From positions 488-64,487 of the forward strand of contig CAZPAO010000013.1 of assembly GCA_964584665.1 (NCBI GenBank): a stretch of 64,000 bases of DNA, written 5' to 3'. The notes below the pieces were generated by a model. The model searched no databases. It was not told the origin of the DNA and saw nothing but the letters and a program-made list of their open reading frames with translations. This document shows positions 19,992 through 29,489 of this stretch, piece after piece; position 1 is the first letter of the stretch, and each line of letters begins with the position of its first letter. The translations under genes and the position numbers were made by a program. Source of the DNA: an uncultured Gammaproteobacteria bacterium. GTDB taxonomy: Bacteria; Pseudomonadota; Gammaproteobacteria; Natronospirales; REEB76.

Positions 19992-21236
19992 GTGTCTAAG
20001 CGCCGCGTCGTCGTCACAGGAATGGGCATCATCTCCCCGGTGGGCAACAGCATCGAGGAGGCCTGGGCCAATATCGTCGCCGGCAAGAGCGGCGTGGGAA
20101 TGGTCACTCATTTCGATGCCACCAACTACCCGACGCGCATCGCCGCCGAGGTCAAGAACTTCGACCCCGCCCAGTACATCACGCCGAAGGACATCAAGAA
20201 GATGGACCCCTTCGTGCACTACGGCATCGCGGCCTCGGTGCAGGCTCTCAAGGATTCCGGCCTGCAGGTGACGGAGGCCAACGCGGCCCGCATCGGCGTG
20301 GCCGTGGGTGCCGGCATCGGCGGCCTCACGAATATTGAAAAAGCCCATAGTTCGATCATCGAGAACCATAGCCCGAAGCGCGTCTCGCCGTTCTTCGTGC
20401 CCTCCAGCATCATCAACATGATCTCAGGACATCTCTCGATCATGTACGGCCTCAAGGGCCCGAACTACGCCGTGGTCACCGCCTGCACCACCGCCAACCA
20501 CAACATCGGCATGGCCATGCGCAACATCCAGTACGGCGATGCCGACGTGATGGTGGCTGGTGGCGCCGAGATGGCGGTGACGCCGCTCGGCCTCGGCGGC
20601 TTCTGCGCCGCGCGCGCCCTCTCGGAGCGCAACGACGCGCCGGAGAAGGCCAGCCGCCCCTGGGACAAGGAGCGAGACGGCTTCGTGCTGGGCGAGGGCG
20701 CCGGTGTACTGGTGCTGGAAGAGTATGAGCACGCCAAGCAGCGCGGCGCCAAGATCTACTGCGAGCTGATCGGCTTCGGCATGAGCGGCGACGCCTACCA
20801 CATGACTTCCCCGCCGGAAGACGGCGAGGGCGCGCGCCAGTGCATGGCCAACTCCCTGCATGACGCCGGCATCAAGCCCGAGCAGGTGGACTACATCAAC
20901 GCCCACGGCACCTCCACGCCGGTGGGCGACAAGGGCGAGACCATCGCCATCAAGCGCGCCTTCGGCGACCACGCCAAGAAGGTGGCGGTGAGTTCCACCA
21001 AGTCCATGACCGGACACCTGTTGGGCGCCGCGGGCGGTGTCGAGGCGGTATTCAGCATCCTCGCCATGCGTGACCAGGTGGCGCCGCCCACCATCAACCT
21101 CGAGAACCCCGATCCCGAGTGCGATCTCGACTACGTGCCCAACAAGGCACGCAAGATGAAGATCGACGTGGTGCTCTCGAACTCCTTCGGGTTCGGCGGC
21201 ACCAACGGCACGCTGGTGTTCCGCCGCCTGTCCTGA
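19992..21236 (+). CDS. fabF: Beta-ketoacyl-ACP synthase II
   Basis: [39 protein letters not shown]; GTG start. Confidence 0.96.
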   Translation: MSKRRVVVTGMGIISPVGNSIEEAWANIVAGKSGVGMVTHFDATNYPTRIAAEVKNFDPAQYITPKDIKKMDPFVHYGIAASVQALKDSGLQVTEANAARIGVAVGAGIGGLTNIEKAHSSIIENHSPKRVSPFFVPSSIINMISGHLSIMYGLKGPNYAVVTACTTANHNIGMAMRNIQYGDADVMVAGGAEMAVTPLGLGGFCAARALSERNDAPEKASRPWDKERDGFVLGEGAGVLVLEEYEHAKQRGAKIYCELIGFGMSGDAYHMTSPPEDGEGARQCMANSLHDAGIKPEQVDYINAHGTSTPVGDKGETIAIKRAFGDHAKKVAVSSTKSMTGHLLGAAGGVEAVFSILAMRDQVAPPTINLENPDPECDLDYVPNKARKMKIDVVLSNSFGFGGTNGTLVFRRLS

Positions 21237-21261
21237 GCGGCGGGACTCCAAGCATCGCAGC

Positions 21262-22626
21262 GTGGCCATGACCGCGGTCCACGCATTCCCCTACGAAGCC
21301 GATCTCCTGGCCGCCTGCCGGGACGAGCCCGGCTTGTTCCCGTTCCTGCTGGAAAGCGCCGCCCGCGGCGGCGCCCAGGGGCGCCATGACATCCTGTTCG
21401 TGCGGCCCGATCCGGAGATGCTGGTGCTGCACGCGGATGGCCGGCTCACGGGCCCCCACGCGGACGCGAGCGCCGGCGATTTCCTGACGGCACTGGATCG
21501 TTGGTGGAAGGCGGAGCGTTCCCCCGCCGCCCGCCGCGATGGCGAAGCGCTCTTCCGCGGGGGCTGGTTCTTGTATCTCGGCTATGAACTCATCGGGCAG
21601 ATAGAACCCAGCCTCAAGCTGGCGCGGGGGCGCGACCTGCCGGTGGCCTTCGCCGCGCGCACGCCGGCAGCCCTGGTGCGTGACCACCGGACGGGCACCG
21701 TGACCTATGTGGCGGAATCCGGCACCGATCCGGCCCTGGCAGCGCGTCTCTCCGCGATCCTGCGGCGAGGCCCCGTGCAGGAGACCTCCGCGCTCGCCGG
21801 CGGTCTTGGCGAGGAGGAGCCGGAGCGTTACCTCCAGCAGGTGACGCAGGCGCGCCACTATATATATGAGGGCGACATCTTCCAGGCGAACCTAAGCCGC
21901 CGCTGGTCGGCGGAACTCTCGCCCGATGCCACCACCGCCGGACTCTACGCGCGCCTAAGGCGCGCCAACCCGGCGCCTTTTGCCGGTCTCGCCCTCTACG
22001 GCGACTCAGCGATCATCAGTTCCTCGCCGGAACGCCTCGTCAGCATCTCCGGGCGGCGGGTGGACACCCGGCCCATCGCCGGCACGCGCCCCCGCAGCAC
22101 GGATCCGGACCGTGACGAGGCGCTCATCCGCGAACTCATCGAGAACCCCAAGGAACGGGCCGAGCATGTGATGCTGCTGGACATGGAACGCAACGACCTG
22201 GGGCGCCTGGCGGAGCCCGGCAGCGTGAAGGTGGACGAACTCATGGTGGTGGAGTCCTACACCCATGTGCACCACATCGTCTCCAACGTCTGCGCCCAGC
22301 TGCGCCCCGGCACCACACCGGCACAGGTGATACGCGCGGTGTTCCCGGGCGGCACCATCACCGGCTGCCCGAAGGTCCGCTGCATGCAGATCATCGCCGA
22401 GCTGGAGCAGGGCAGCCGCGAGGCCTATACCGGCGCCATGGGTTGGCTGGACCGGGATGGGGATATGGATCTCAACATCCTCATCCGCACCCTGGTGCAG
22501 AAGGGCCGGCGGCTGGAGTTCCGCGCCGGCGCCGGCATCGTGGCGGACTCGGTACCGGAGCGCGAACTGGAAGAGACCCGCGCCAAGGCCCGCGGCCTCG
22601 CGCGCGCCCTCGGAGCCGACGCATGA
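21262..22626 (+). CDS. pabB: Aminodeoxychorismate synthase component I (PabB/TrpE-like chorismate-binding enzyme)
   Basis: GDIFQANLS, SSSPERL, PIAGTRPR, KERAEHVMLLDMERNDLG, FPGGTITGCPK; followed by pabC. Confidence 0.8.
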   Translation: MAMTAVHAFPYEADLLAACRDEPGLFPFLLESAARGGAQGRHDILFVRPDPEMLVLHADGRLTGPHADASAGDFLTALDRWWKAERSPAARRDGEALFRGGWFLYLGYELIGQIEPSLKLARGRDLPVAFAARTPAALVRDHRTGTVTYVAESGTDPALAARLSAILRRGPVQETSALAGGLGEEEPERYLQQVTQARHYIYEGDIFQANLSRRWSAELSPDATTAGLYARLRRANPAPFAGLALYGDSAIISSSPERLVSISGRRVDTRPIAGTRPRSTDPDRDEALIRELIENPKERAEHVMLLDMERNDLGRLAEPGSVKVDELMVVESYTHVHHIVSNVCAQLRPGTTPAQVIRAVFPGGTITGCPKVRCMQIIAELEQGSREAYTGAMGWLDRDGDMDLNILIRTLVQKGRRLEFRAGAGIVADSVPERELEETRAKARGLARALGADA

Positions 22627-23438
22627 AGCCGATAGCGTGGGTGAATGGCGAGCCCGCCGAGACCCTGCGGCTCGCGGACCGGGGCATTCAGTACGGAGAT
22701 GGCCTGTTCGAGACCCTGGCGGTGATGGATGGCCGCATCCGCAGGCTGGGACTCCATCTCGATCGCCTCCGGGAGGGTTGCGCGCGGCTGCGCTTACCGA
22801 TGCCCGATGAAGGATCGCTCCGCCAGGAGTTGCAAGGCGCCGCAGAAGGGCAGAGCCGGGCGGTTCTGAAGTTCATCCTCACCCGCGGCAGCGGTGGGCG
22901 TGGCTACCGGCTGCCGGACCCGGTATCGGTGACGCGCATGATGTTCCTCCACCCCTGGCCCGACTATCCTGCGGATTGGCATACCGATGGCATAGAGTTG
23001 CGCATCTGCGCGACACGTCTCGCCATGGGTCCTGCTCTCGCGGGCTTGAAACATCTGAACCGGCTGGAACAGGTCCTGGCCCGGGCAGAATGGAACGAAG
23101 GCGTGCCGGAAGGGCTCATGCTGGATGCCGATGGCCGGCCGGTGGAAGGTACAATGACCAATCTGTTCGCGTCGCCCGCCGAGGGGCGATTGGTGACGCC
23201 GGACCTGAGCCGCGCGGGCGTGGCCGGCGTGACCCGCCGCCATATCCTGGAGCGGGCGAAGGCGGAAGGGGTGCAAGTGGAGATCCGCGATTTGAGCCTC
23301 GCGGAGTTGCTGGAGAGCCGGGAGATATTCATGTGCAATTCCATCGCCGGTGTCTGGCCCGTGACGCGCATCGAAGCACGCCGTTACACCGTAGGCCCGC
23401 TCACCTGCATGGCTCAGACCTGGGCCGGAGAAGATTGA
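22623..23438 (+). CDS. pabC: Aminodeoxychorismate lyase
   Basis: DRGIQYGDGLFET, LKHLNRLEQV, EGTMTNLF, GVAGVTR; ATGA overlap with pabB. Confidence 0.92.
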   Translation: MKPIAWVNGEPAETLRLADRGIQYGDGLFETLAVMDGRIRRLGLHLDRLREGCARLRLPMPDEGSLRQELQGAAEGQSRAVLKFILTRGSGGRGYRLPDPVSVTRMMFLHPWPDYPADWHTDGIELRICATRLAMGPALAGLKHLNRLEQVLARAEWNEGVPEGLMLDADGRPVEGTMTNLFASPAEGRLVTPDLSRAGVAGVTRRHILERAKAEGVQVEIRDLSLAELLESREIFMCNSIAGVWPVTRIEARRYTVGPLTCMAQTWAGED

Positions 23439-23442
23439 ACCC

Positions 23443-24444
23443 ATGCGATCCTTGCGAATCCTTCTGCCGCTGTTGATGCTGGCCGTCGCCGGCACCGCCG
23501 GCTATCTCTATTGGCATTGGAAGAAGGACCCGCTGCCTATCGGCACACAGGCACGGGATGTGGAGATCATGCCCGGCGAGTCCCTGCGCCACGTGGCCCA
23601 GGGTTTCGCGGAGCAGGGGATACTCGTCCATTCCTGGGATCTCATCGCCTATGCGCGCCTGCATGAGGCAGCCGGGGGCTTGAGGGCTGGCGAATACCAG
23701 ATCGAACCCGGCACCACCGTGGCAGGCCTCCTGACCCTCCTGCGCAGCGGCAAAGTGGTGATGCACTCCCTGACGCTGGTGGACGGCTGGACCTTCAAGC
23801 AGGTGCTGGATACGGTGGAGCAGGAACCGAACCTCAGCCACAGCCTCGCGGGCCTGAACCAGGCCGAGATCGCGCGGAAGCTCGGCATCGATTCGCCCAG
23901 TCTCGAAGGCGAGCTGATGGCCGATACCTATCAGTTCCCCCGCGGCACTACCGACGTCGCTTTCCTGAAACGTGCCCATGAGTCCATGCAGCAGACCCTG
24001 GAGGCGGCTTGGGCGGAGCGGGCCAAGGACCTGCCGTACAAGGATGCCTACGACGCGCTCATCATGGCCTCCATCGTCGAGAAAGAGACCGGCCAGGCGG
24101 CCGAACGTCCGAAGATCGCGGGGGTGTTCGTGCGCCGCCTGCAGAAGGGCATGAAGCTGCAATCGGATCCGACCGTCATCTACGGCCTCGGCGACGCCTA
24201 CGACGGCGACATCACGCTCGCGGACCTGCGCAGCGATACCCCCTACAACAGCTACACCCGCTACGGCCTGCCGCCCACGCCGATCTGCATGCCAGGCCGG
24301 CCCGCGATCGAAGCGGCGTTGCATCCGCAGGCGGGCGATGCGCTCTACTTCGTGGCCAAGGGTGACGGCACCCACGAGTTCTCCGCTACCCTGAAACAGC
24401 AGAACGCGGCGGTGGAGAAATACCAGTTGAAGCACGGCAAGTGA
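23443..24444 (+). CDS. mltG: Endolytic transglycosylase MltG
   Basis: LIMASIVEKET, LQSDPTVIYG, PYNSYTRYGLPPTPI. Confidence 0.95.
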   Translation: MRSLRILLPLLMLAVAGTAGYLYWHWKKDPLPIGTQARDVEIMPGESLRHVAQGFAEQGILVHSWDLIAYARLHEAAGGLRAGEYQIEPGTTVAGLLTLLRSGKVVMHSLTLVDGWTFKQVLDTVEQEPNLSHSLAGLNQAEIARKLGIDSPSLEGELMADTYQFPRGTTDVAFLKRAHESMQQTLEAAWAERAKDLPYKDAYDALIMASIVEKETGQAAERPKIAGVFVRRLQKGMKLQSDPTVIYGLGDAYDGDITLADLRSDTPYNSYTRYGLPPTPICMPGRPAIEAALHPQAGDALYFVAKGDGTHEFSATLKQQNAAVEKYQLKHGK

Positions 24445-25094
24445 AGAAGACGCGCACCAGGGCCCAGCGCGGCCGTCTCATCACGCTGGAAGGCGTGGAG
24501 GGCGTCGGCAAGTCCACGCACATGAGATTCGTGTGCGACGAGTTGCGTGCGCACCGCCTCACGGTGCTGGAGACCCGCGAACCCGGCGGCACCCCGGAGG
24601 CGGACGAGATCCGCGCCACGCTGCTCAAGGTGCGTGGCGCCGCCTTCGACCCCATGGCCGAACTGCTGATGATGTTCGCCGCCCGGGCCCTGCACGTGGA
24701 GCAGGTGATCCGTCCGGCCCTCGCCGCCGGGACCTGGGTGGTCTGCGACCGCTTCACGGATGCGAGCTATGCCTATCAGGGCGGCGGTCGCGGCATCCCG
24801 TCTGCCCGCATCGCAGCGTTGGAGCGCATGGTGATGAAAGGGCTGAAACCCGATCTCACGCTGCTCCTGGATGTGAAGGTGTCGGTGGGTATCGCCCGTG
24901 CCCGCAAGCGTGGTGCCCTTGACCGCTTCGAGCGTGAGAAGGACGCTTTCTTCGAGCGGGTGCGCCGGGTCTATCTGGCCCTGGCGCGCACAGAACCCCG
25001 GCGCATGCGACTGGTGGATGCGGGCCAGGACATCCCCAGCGTGCAGCGCGATCTCGCCGCCATCCTGGTCGAGCGCCTGGAGCGCTGGACGTGA
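24441..25094 (+). CDS. tmk: Thymidylate kinase
   Basis: EGVEGVGKST, TREPGGT, CDRFTDASYAYQG. Confidence 0.96.
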   Translation: MKKTRTRAQRGRLITLEGVEGVGKSTHMRFVCDELRAHRLTVLETREPGGTPEADEIRATLLKVRGAAFDPMAELLMMFAARALHVEQVIRPALAAGTWVVCDRFTDASYAYQGGGRGIPSARIAALERMVMKGLKPDLTLLLDVKVSVGIARARKRGALDRFEREKDAFFERVRRVYLALARTEPRRMRLVDAGQDIPSVQRDLAAILVERLERWT

Positions 25095-26152
25095 GCGTCA
25101 TGCCGGACATCGCTGATGTGCCGCTGCCCTGGCAGAGGGATCTGTGGGCGATGCTCACCGCGCGCCTCGCCGACGGCCGGCTCGCCCACGGCCTCCTGAT
25201 CACCGGGCAGCCGGGCGTGGGCAAGGGTCTCTTCGCCACGGCCTTCGCACGCCTCGCGCTCTGCCGAAACCCGAATGATGGCAAGTCCTGCGGCACATGC
25301 AACTCTTGCTCCCAGTTCGCCGTCGGGGTCCATCCGGATTACAACTACGTGAGCTTCGAGGAGCGGGAAGGCAAGGCCGGGGAAGACGGCGCGCTCAAGA
25401 TGAACATCAGCATCGAGCAGATCCGCGATCTGGTGGGCAAGGTGCAGCTCTCCAGCCAGTACGGCGGCCGCAAAGTGGCGGTGATCGAACCGGCGGAGGG
25501 CATGAGCCATGCCGCCATGAACAGCTTGTTGAAGACCCTGGAGGAGCCGCCGGCGGATACGCTGCTGCTGCTCGTGAGTTCCACGCCGGGCCGCCTGCCC
25601 GCCACCATCCGCAGCCGCTGCCAAGTGCTGGCCATCCCAGCGGCTGAGCCGAAGCAGGCGCTGGCCTGGTTAGAGGGGCGCATGCACCGGGAAGACTGGC
25701 CGGTGCTATTGGGTTTCAGCGGCGGCGCTCCCCTGGCGGCCCTGGGTCTGGCCGGTTCGGACATCGGCACGCGTCGCAAGAGCTTCTTCGAAGCCCTGGG
25801 CCGCCTGCGTACGGGTCAGGCGAACCCGGTGATGCTCGGCGTGCATCCCAAGGAACAGTATCCCGAACTCTTGCAGCTCCTATGGAGCTTCACCTCCGAC
25901 CTGATCCTGGTGAAGAGCGGCGGGGCGGGGCAGATCGTGAACCGCGACCAGTTGCAGCTATTGCAAAAGACCGCGGAGGGCATACACTTGCGTAGCCTCT
26001 ACGCATTCTTGGACCGCATCCAGGTCGCGATACAGGCGCTGGATTCCACCGCCAACCGCGAACTCGCCTTCACGGTGCTACTGGCGGACTGGGCAGGGGG
26101 TCTGGACGACATCAAAGGCTCGCCGCTGGCGGCGAACGACCGGGGAAGGTAG
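25091..26152 (+). CDS. holB: DNA polymerase III delta-prime subunit
   Basis: HGLLITGQPGVGK, CGTCNSC zinc site, HPDY, NSLLKTLEEP, TIRSRC. Confidence 0.93.
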   Translation: MSVMPDIADVPLPWQRDLWAMLTARLADGRLAHGLLITGQPGVGKGLFATAFARLALCRNPNDGKSCGTCNSCSQFAVGVHPDYNYVSFEEREGKAGEDGALKMNISIEQIRDLVGKVQLSSQYGGRKVAVIEPAEGMSHAAMNSLLKTLEEPPADTLLLLVSSTPGRLPATIRSRCQVLAIPAAEPKQALAWLEGRMHREDWPVLLGFSGGAPLAALGLAGSDIGTRRKSFFEALGRLRTGQANPVMLGVHPKEQYPELLQLLWSFTSDLILVKSGGAGQIVNRDQLQLLQKTAEGIHLRSLYAFLDRIQVAIQALDSTANRELAFTVLLADWAGGLDDIKGSPLAANDRGR

Positions 26153-26500
26153 ATGAGCGCACCGCGTCAACAAGGCATCCTTAACCTCGCCATCAAGGAC
26201 AAGAGCGCGCTCTACAGCGCCTACATGCCCTTCATCAAGAACGGCGGTCTGTTCATCCCCACCAGCAAACCTTACCAGCTCGGTGACGAGGTCTTCATCC
26301 TGCTGCAGCTCATGGAATCAGCCGAACGCCTGCCGGTGGCCGCCAAGGTCATCTGGGTGACGCCGCGCGGAGCCCAGGGCAAGCGCGCGGCCGGTATCGG
26401 CGTCCAGTTCAGTGAACAGGACGGCGGCAACACCTCCAAGAAGATCGAAAGTTACCTCGGCGGCGCCCTGCAGGCCGACCGTCCCACCCACACCATGTAG
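26153..26500 (+). CDS. pilZ: Type IV pilus assembly PilZ (holB-linked, PA2960 type)
   Basis: LYSAYMPFIKNGGLFIPT, KVIWVTP, GIGVQF, RPTHTM. Confidence 0.92.
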   Translation: MSAPRQQGILNLAIKDKSALYSAYMPFIKNGGLFIPTSKPYQLGDEVFILLQLMESAERLPVAAKVIWVTPRGAQGKRAAGIGVQFSEQDGGNTSKKIESYLGGALQADRPTHTM

Positions 26501-26501
26501 C

Positions 26502-27848
26502 ATGGCCACCGGGAGCACACAGGCCGGGCTATCGGGTCCGGAAGAACGTGTGCGGCTGATTGCAGGACGCGCCGGCGAACACGTCAAGCGCGGCGAGTTG
26601 GCCGCGGCCCGCAGCCTCTACGAGCAGATACTCTCCATCGACCCCCGCCACGTGGAAGCCCTGAGCTTCATCGCCATGAGCCTGCTGTATGAGGGCGAGG
26701 CGCGACGCAGCGTGCAGATGCTGGAGCAGGCGGTCTTCGCCGGCCCCGACAACGCGAACCTCTACAAGAACCTCGGCATCGCCTATCGCGCCACCGGCAA
26801 CGCACAGGGAGCCTTGAAGGCTTTCGAGCGGGCCGCGGCCCTCAAGCCCGATCTCGTGGCGGCCTTGCTCAACCACGGCGCCTTGCTGGCGGAACTCGGC
26901 CGCCACGACGAAGCGCTGTCATCGTATATGCGCGGATTCGAGGCGGCAGAAGCCAACGGCCTGTTCCTGGACGTGGCGGCGATCCCTGCCGGCATCCGCA
27001 CGTTGGCGGAGAAGGCGATGCTGGCGCTGCGGGAGGCCCGCCTGGAGGTGTTCCATCGGGCTCTGGCACCGATCGAGCGCGCCCACGGCCGGCCGGCGCT
27101 GGAACGCGTCTGGCACTGCCTCGAGTCCTACCTTGGGCTGCGGCCTCCGATCACGCTGCCGCAGCTGCAGCGGCCCACCTTCATGAGCTTCCCCGGGTTG
27201 CCGGCGCGCGCCTGGTATGAGCGCGAGGAGTTCGCCTGGATGCCGGAGATGGAACGGCATACCGGCGAGATTCGCGAGGAGCTGCTGGCGGTGCTGGCCC
27301 AGGACCAGGGGTTCCGCCCCTTCGTGGAGATGCCGGAGACCCATCCCGGCGCTTCCTATTGGCGGGAACTGAACCATTCGCCCAGTTGGAATGCATTCTT
27401 CTTCTACCGGGATGGCGAAGCCTACACCGACAACCAGGCCCGCTGTCCCAAGACCATCGCAGCCCTGGATGCGGCGCCCCTCAACCGGGTGGCGGACCAT
27501 TCGCCGGAGTCCCTGTATTCCATACTCACGCCCGGAGCCCACATCCCACCTCACACCGGCGTCATCAACGTGCGCCTCGTGGTGCATCTGCCCTTGATCG
27601 TGCCGCCGGATTGCGGCATCCGCGTGGGCTCCGAGACGCGGGGCTGGACCGAAGGCCAGTGCATCGCCTTCGACGATACCTACGAGCACGAGGCCTGGAA
27701 CAAGAGCAAGCAGACCCGCGTGGTGATGATCTTCGACGTGTGGAACCCGGCGCTGACGCTGCCGGAACGGGAGGGCATGCGTCTCGCCATCGAGGAACTG
27801 GGGCGCTTCAACCGCAGCCACGGTGGGAAGCCGCAATCCTTGGCCTGA
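26502..27848 (+). CDS. TPR-repeat protein fused to an aspartyl/asparaginyl beta-hydroxylase (Fe/2OG oxygenase) domain
   Basis: N-terminal TPR helices; SILTPGAHIPPHTG, HLPLIVP, AFDDTYEHEAWN, RVVMIFDVW; start set at ATG 26502. Confidence 0.88.
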   Translation: MATGSTQAGLSGPEERVRLIAGRAGEHVKRGELAAARSLYEQILSIDPRHVEALSFIAMSLLYEGEARRSVQMLEQAVFAGPDNANLYKNLGIAYRATGNAQGALKAFERAAALKPDLVAALLNHGALLAELGRHDEALSSYMRGFEAAEANGLFLDVAAIPAGIRTLAEKAMLALREARLEVFHRALAPIERAHGRPALERVWHCLESYLGLRPPITLPQLQRPTFMSFPGLPARAWYEREEFAWMPEMERHTGEIREELLAVLAQDQGFRPFVEMPETHPGASYWRELNHSPSWNAFFFYRDGEAYTDNQARCPKTIAALDAAPLNRVADHSPESLYSILTPGAHIPPHTGVINVRLVVHLPLIVPPDCGIRVGSETRGWTEGQCIAFDDTYEHEAWNKSKQTRVVMIFDVWNPALTLPEREGMRLAIEELGRFNRSHGGKPQSLA

Positions 27849-27870
27849 ACCGGGCTGATGCGGAGACGAA

Positions 27871-27893
27871 AAAGCCGCTCTGAGAGCGGCTTT
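27871..27893. terminator. Bidirectional intrinsic terminator between convergent genes
   Basis: AAAGCCGCTC-TGA-GAGCGGCTTT perfect 10-bp stem with A and T tails. Confidence 0.8.
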
Positions 27894-27921
27894 CTGCTTT
27901 CCTGGGTCTGAGGAGCCGCTG

Positions 27922-28959
27922 CTATGCTGCGGCGCCACCCTTCAAGACGTACACGTCGAAGCCGCGCTCGCTCAGGATGTAGGCGCCCGCCGAGCTGCGG
28001 CGCCCGGTGTCGCAATACACCACATACTTCTTCTTGGGATCGAGGGTGTCGAGCTTCAAGCGTATGAAGTAGAGAGGGATGTTGATGGCCCCTTCCTGAT
28101 GCTTGTTCTCGAACTCGCTGGGCAGGCGCACGTCCAGCCACTGGCCGCCGCCGGCGACGATCTTCTCGCCCTCGGCCAGGTCGATCCACTTCTGGCTGGG
28201 TTCGTTCAGGAGCTTCTTGAAGTCGTCCTTGGCGAGCCGCACCAGCGAACCGTCCGTGAGCATGGTGATGGTGGCGTTGCGCTTGGCGTCTGAGATCAGC
28301 GCTTCCTCACCGAAACCGTCGCCGGTGGTGAGCTCGGCGAGCTTGATGCCGGCCTTGTTGGTCGGCGTCTCGCGAGTCACCACGCACTTGCCGGAGGTGA
28401 CGATGTAGAAGTAATCGCCTTCGTCACCCTGCTTGATGATGACGTCGCCCGCCTTGCGCGCGATGTTCTCCATGCGCATCAGCACCGCCTGGATGTTGGC
28501 GGGCGGGATGCGGTGGAAGGCCTTGGTCTGGAGGATGGTGGTCATCCAGTCGTCGGCCGGCGCCTCTTCCTGGGCCTGCAGTTCACCGACCTCGAAGGCG
28601 CCGGTCTGGTCCCAGGTGAGCATGATGTCCAGGAGGTCGCTGTCGACGCCGAACCACTCGACGTTTGTCTTGGCGCGCGCGGCGAGATGGCGCGGGATCT
28701 GCGGGGCTAGGGGATGGCGCGCTTCTTCGCTGCCGCCGGTGATCACGCGCACGATCTTGTCACCCGAGCGCAGTTCCACTTCGCCCTTGACGAGATACAC
28801 GGTGCGCTTGTCGGCGTCGCCCTGGCGGAACACATAGCGTCCGGCCTCGGTATCCTGCACCTGGCTCTTGCTGGCGAGGTCAGCCTGGTTCTCCGGCTTG
28901 AGACCGCTCAGGGGCGAGAATTGCTTGATGAGTTCGCGGTCGAGGGGTCGCGGTGCCAT
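27922..28959 (-). CDS. Tandem cyclic-nucleotide-binding domains fused to a rhodanese domain
   Basis: VFRQGDAD and IIKQGDEGDYFY, FGEEALISDAKRNATI; C-terminal LDVR...GAINIP...YCDTGRRS. Confidence 0.88.
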   Translation of the reverse strand: MAPRPLDRELIKQFSPLSGLKPENQADLASKSQVQDTEAGRYVFRQGDADKRTVYLVKGEVELRSGDKIVRVITGGSEEARHPLAPQIPRHLAARAKTNVEWFGVDSDLLDIMLTWDQTGAFEVGELQAQEEAPADDWMTTILQTKAFHRIPPANIQAVLMRMENIARKAGDVIIKQGDEGDYFYIVTSGKCVVTRETPTNKAGIKLAELTTGDGFGEEALISDAKRNATITMLTDGSLVRLAKDDFKKLLNEPSQKWIDLAEGEKIVAGGGQWLDVRLPSEFENKHQEGAINIPLYFIRLKLDTLDPKKKYVVYCDTGRRSSAGAYILSERGFDVYVLKGGAAA

Positions 28960-29087
28960 ATGCTTCTTTTCAGCCCTTCACTACAGCAACTTATTGTTCT
29001 ACCGGGGAATTCCCCACCCGGGAACCCGGGAATGACCATTCTACCATACCCCTGTCGCAGGCCGGCCTGGAAGGCTTAGGCCGCGTT

Positions 29088-29489
29088 TCAGGCGGTCTTA
29101 TGGGCCACTGGCACCGGGCGGCGGTTGGCACCCACCCGCACATAGGTGAGCTGGGCGGTGGCCACCTTCACGGTCAGGTCACGCTCCCCGTCGCTGCGTT
29201 GCGAGAACACCGTGACGTCGATGGCGATGGAGGTGTTGCCGACCCGGCCCACATCTGTATAGAAACTGACCACATCGCCCACGTAGACCGGGCTCACGAA
29301 CACGAAATCGTTGACCGCCACGGTCACCACCCGGCCGCCGGCCCGGCGGTAGGCGAGGATGGCCCCGGCGATGTCCGCGTGCGACATGATCCAGCCGCCG
29401 AAGATGTCGCCCAGGCCGTTGGTGTCCTTGGGCATGGCCAGGGTGCGGACCTCAGCGGAGCGGTCTGCCGGCGGCGCGTCGAACTTCAT
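29088..29489 (-). CDS. yciA: Hot-dog-fold acyl-CoA thioesterase
   Basis: MPKDTNGLGDIFGGWIMSHADIAG, VTVAV, VGNTSI. Confidence 0.88.
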   Translation of the reverse strand: MKFDAPPADRSAEVRTLAMPKDTNGLGDIFGGWIMSHADIAGAILAYRRAGGRVVTVAVNDFVFVSPVYVGDVVSFYTDVGRVGNTSIAIDVTVFSQRSDGERDLTVKVATAQLTYVRVGANRRPVPVAHKTA

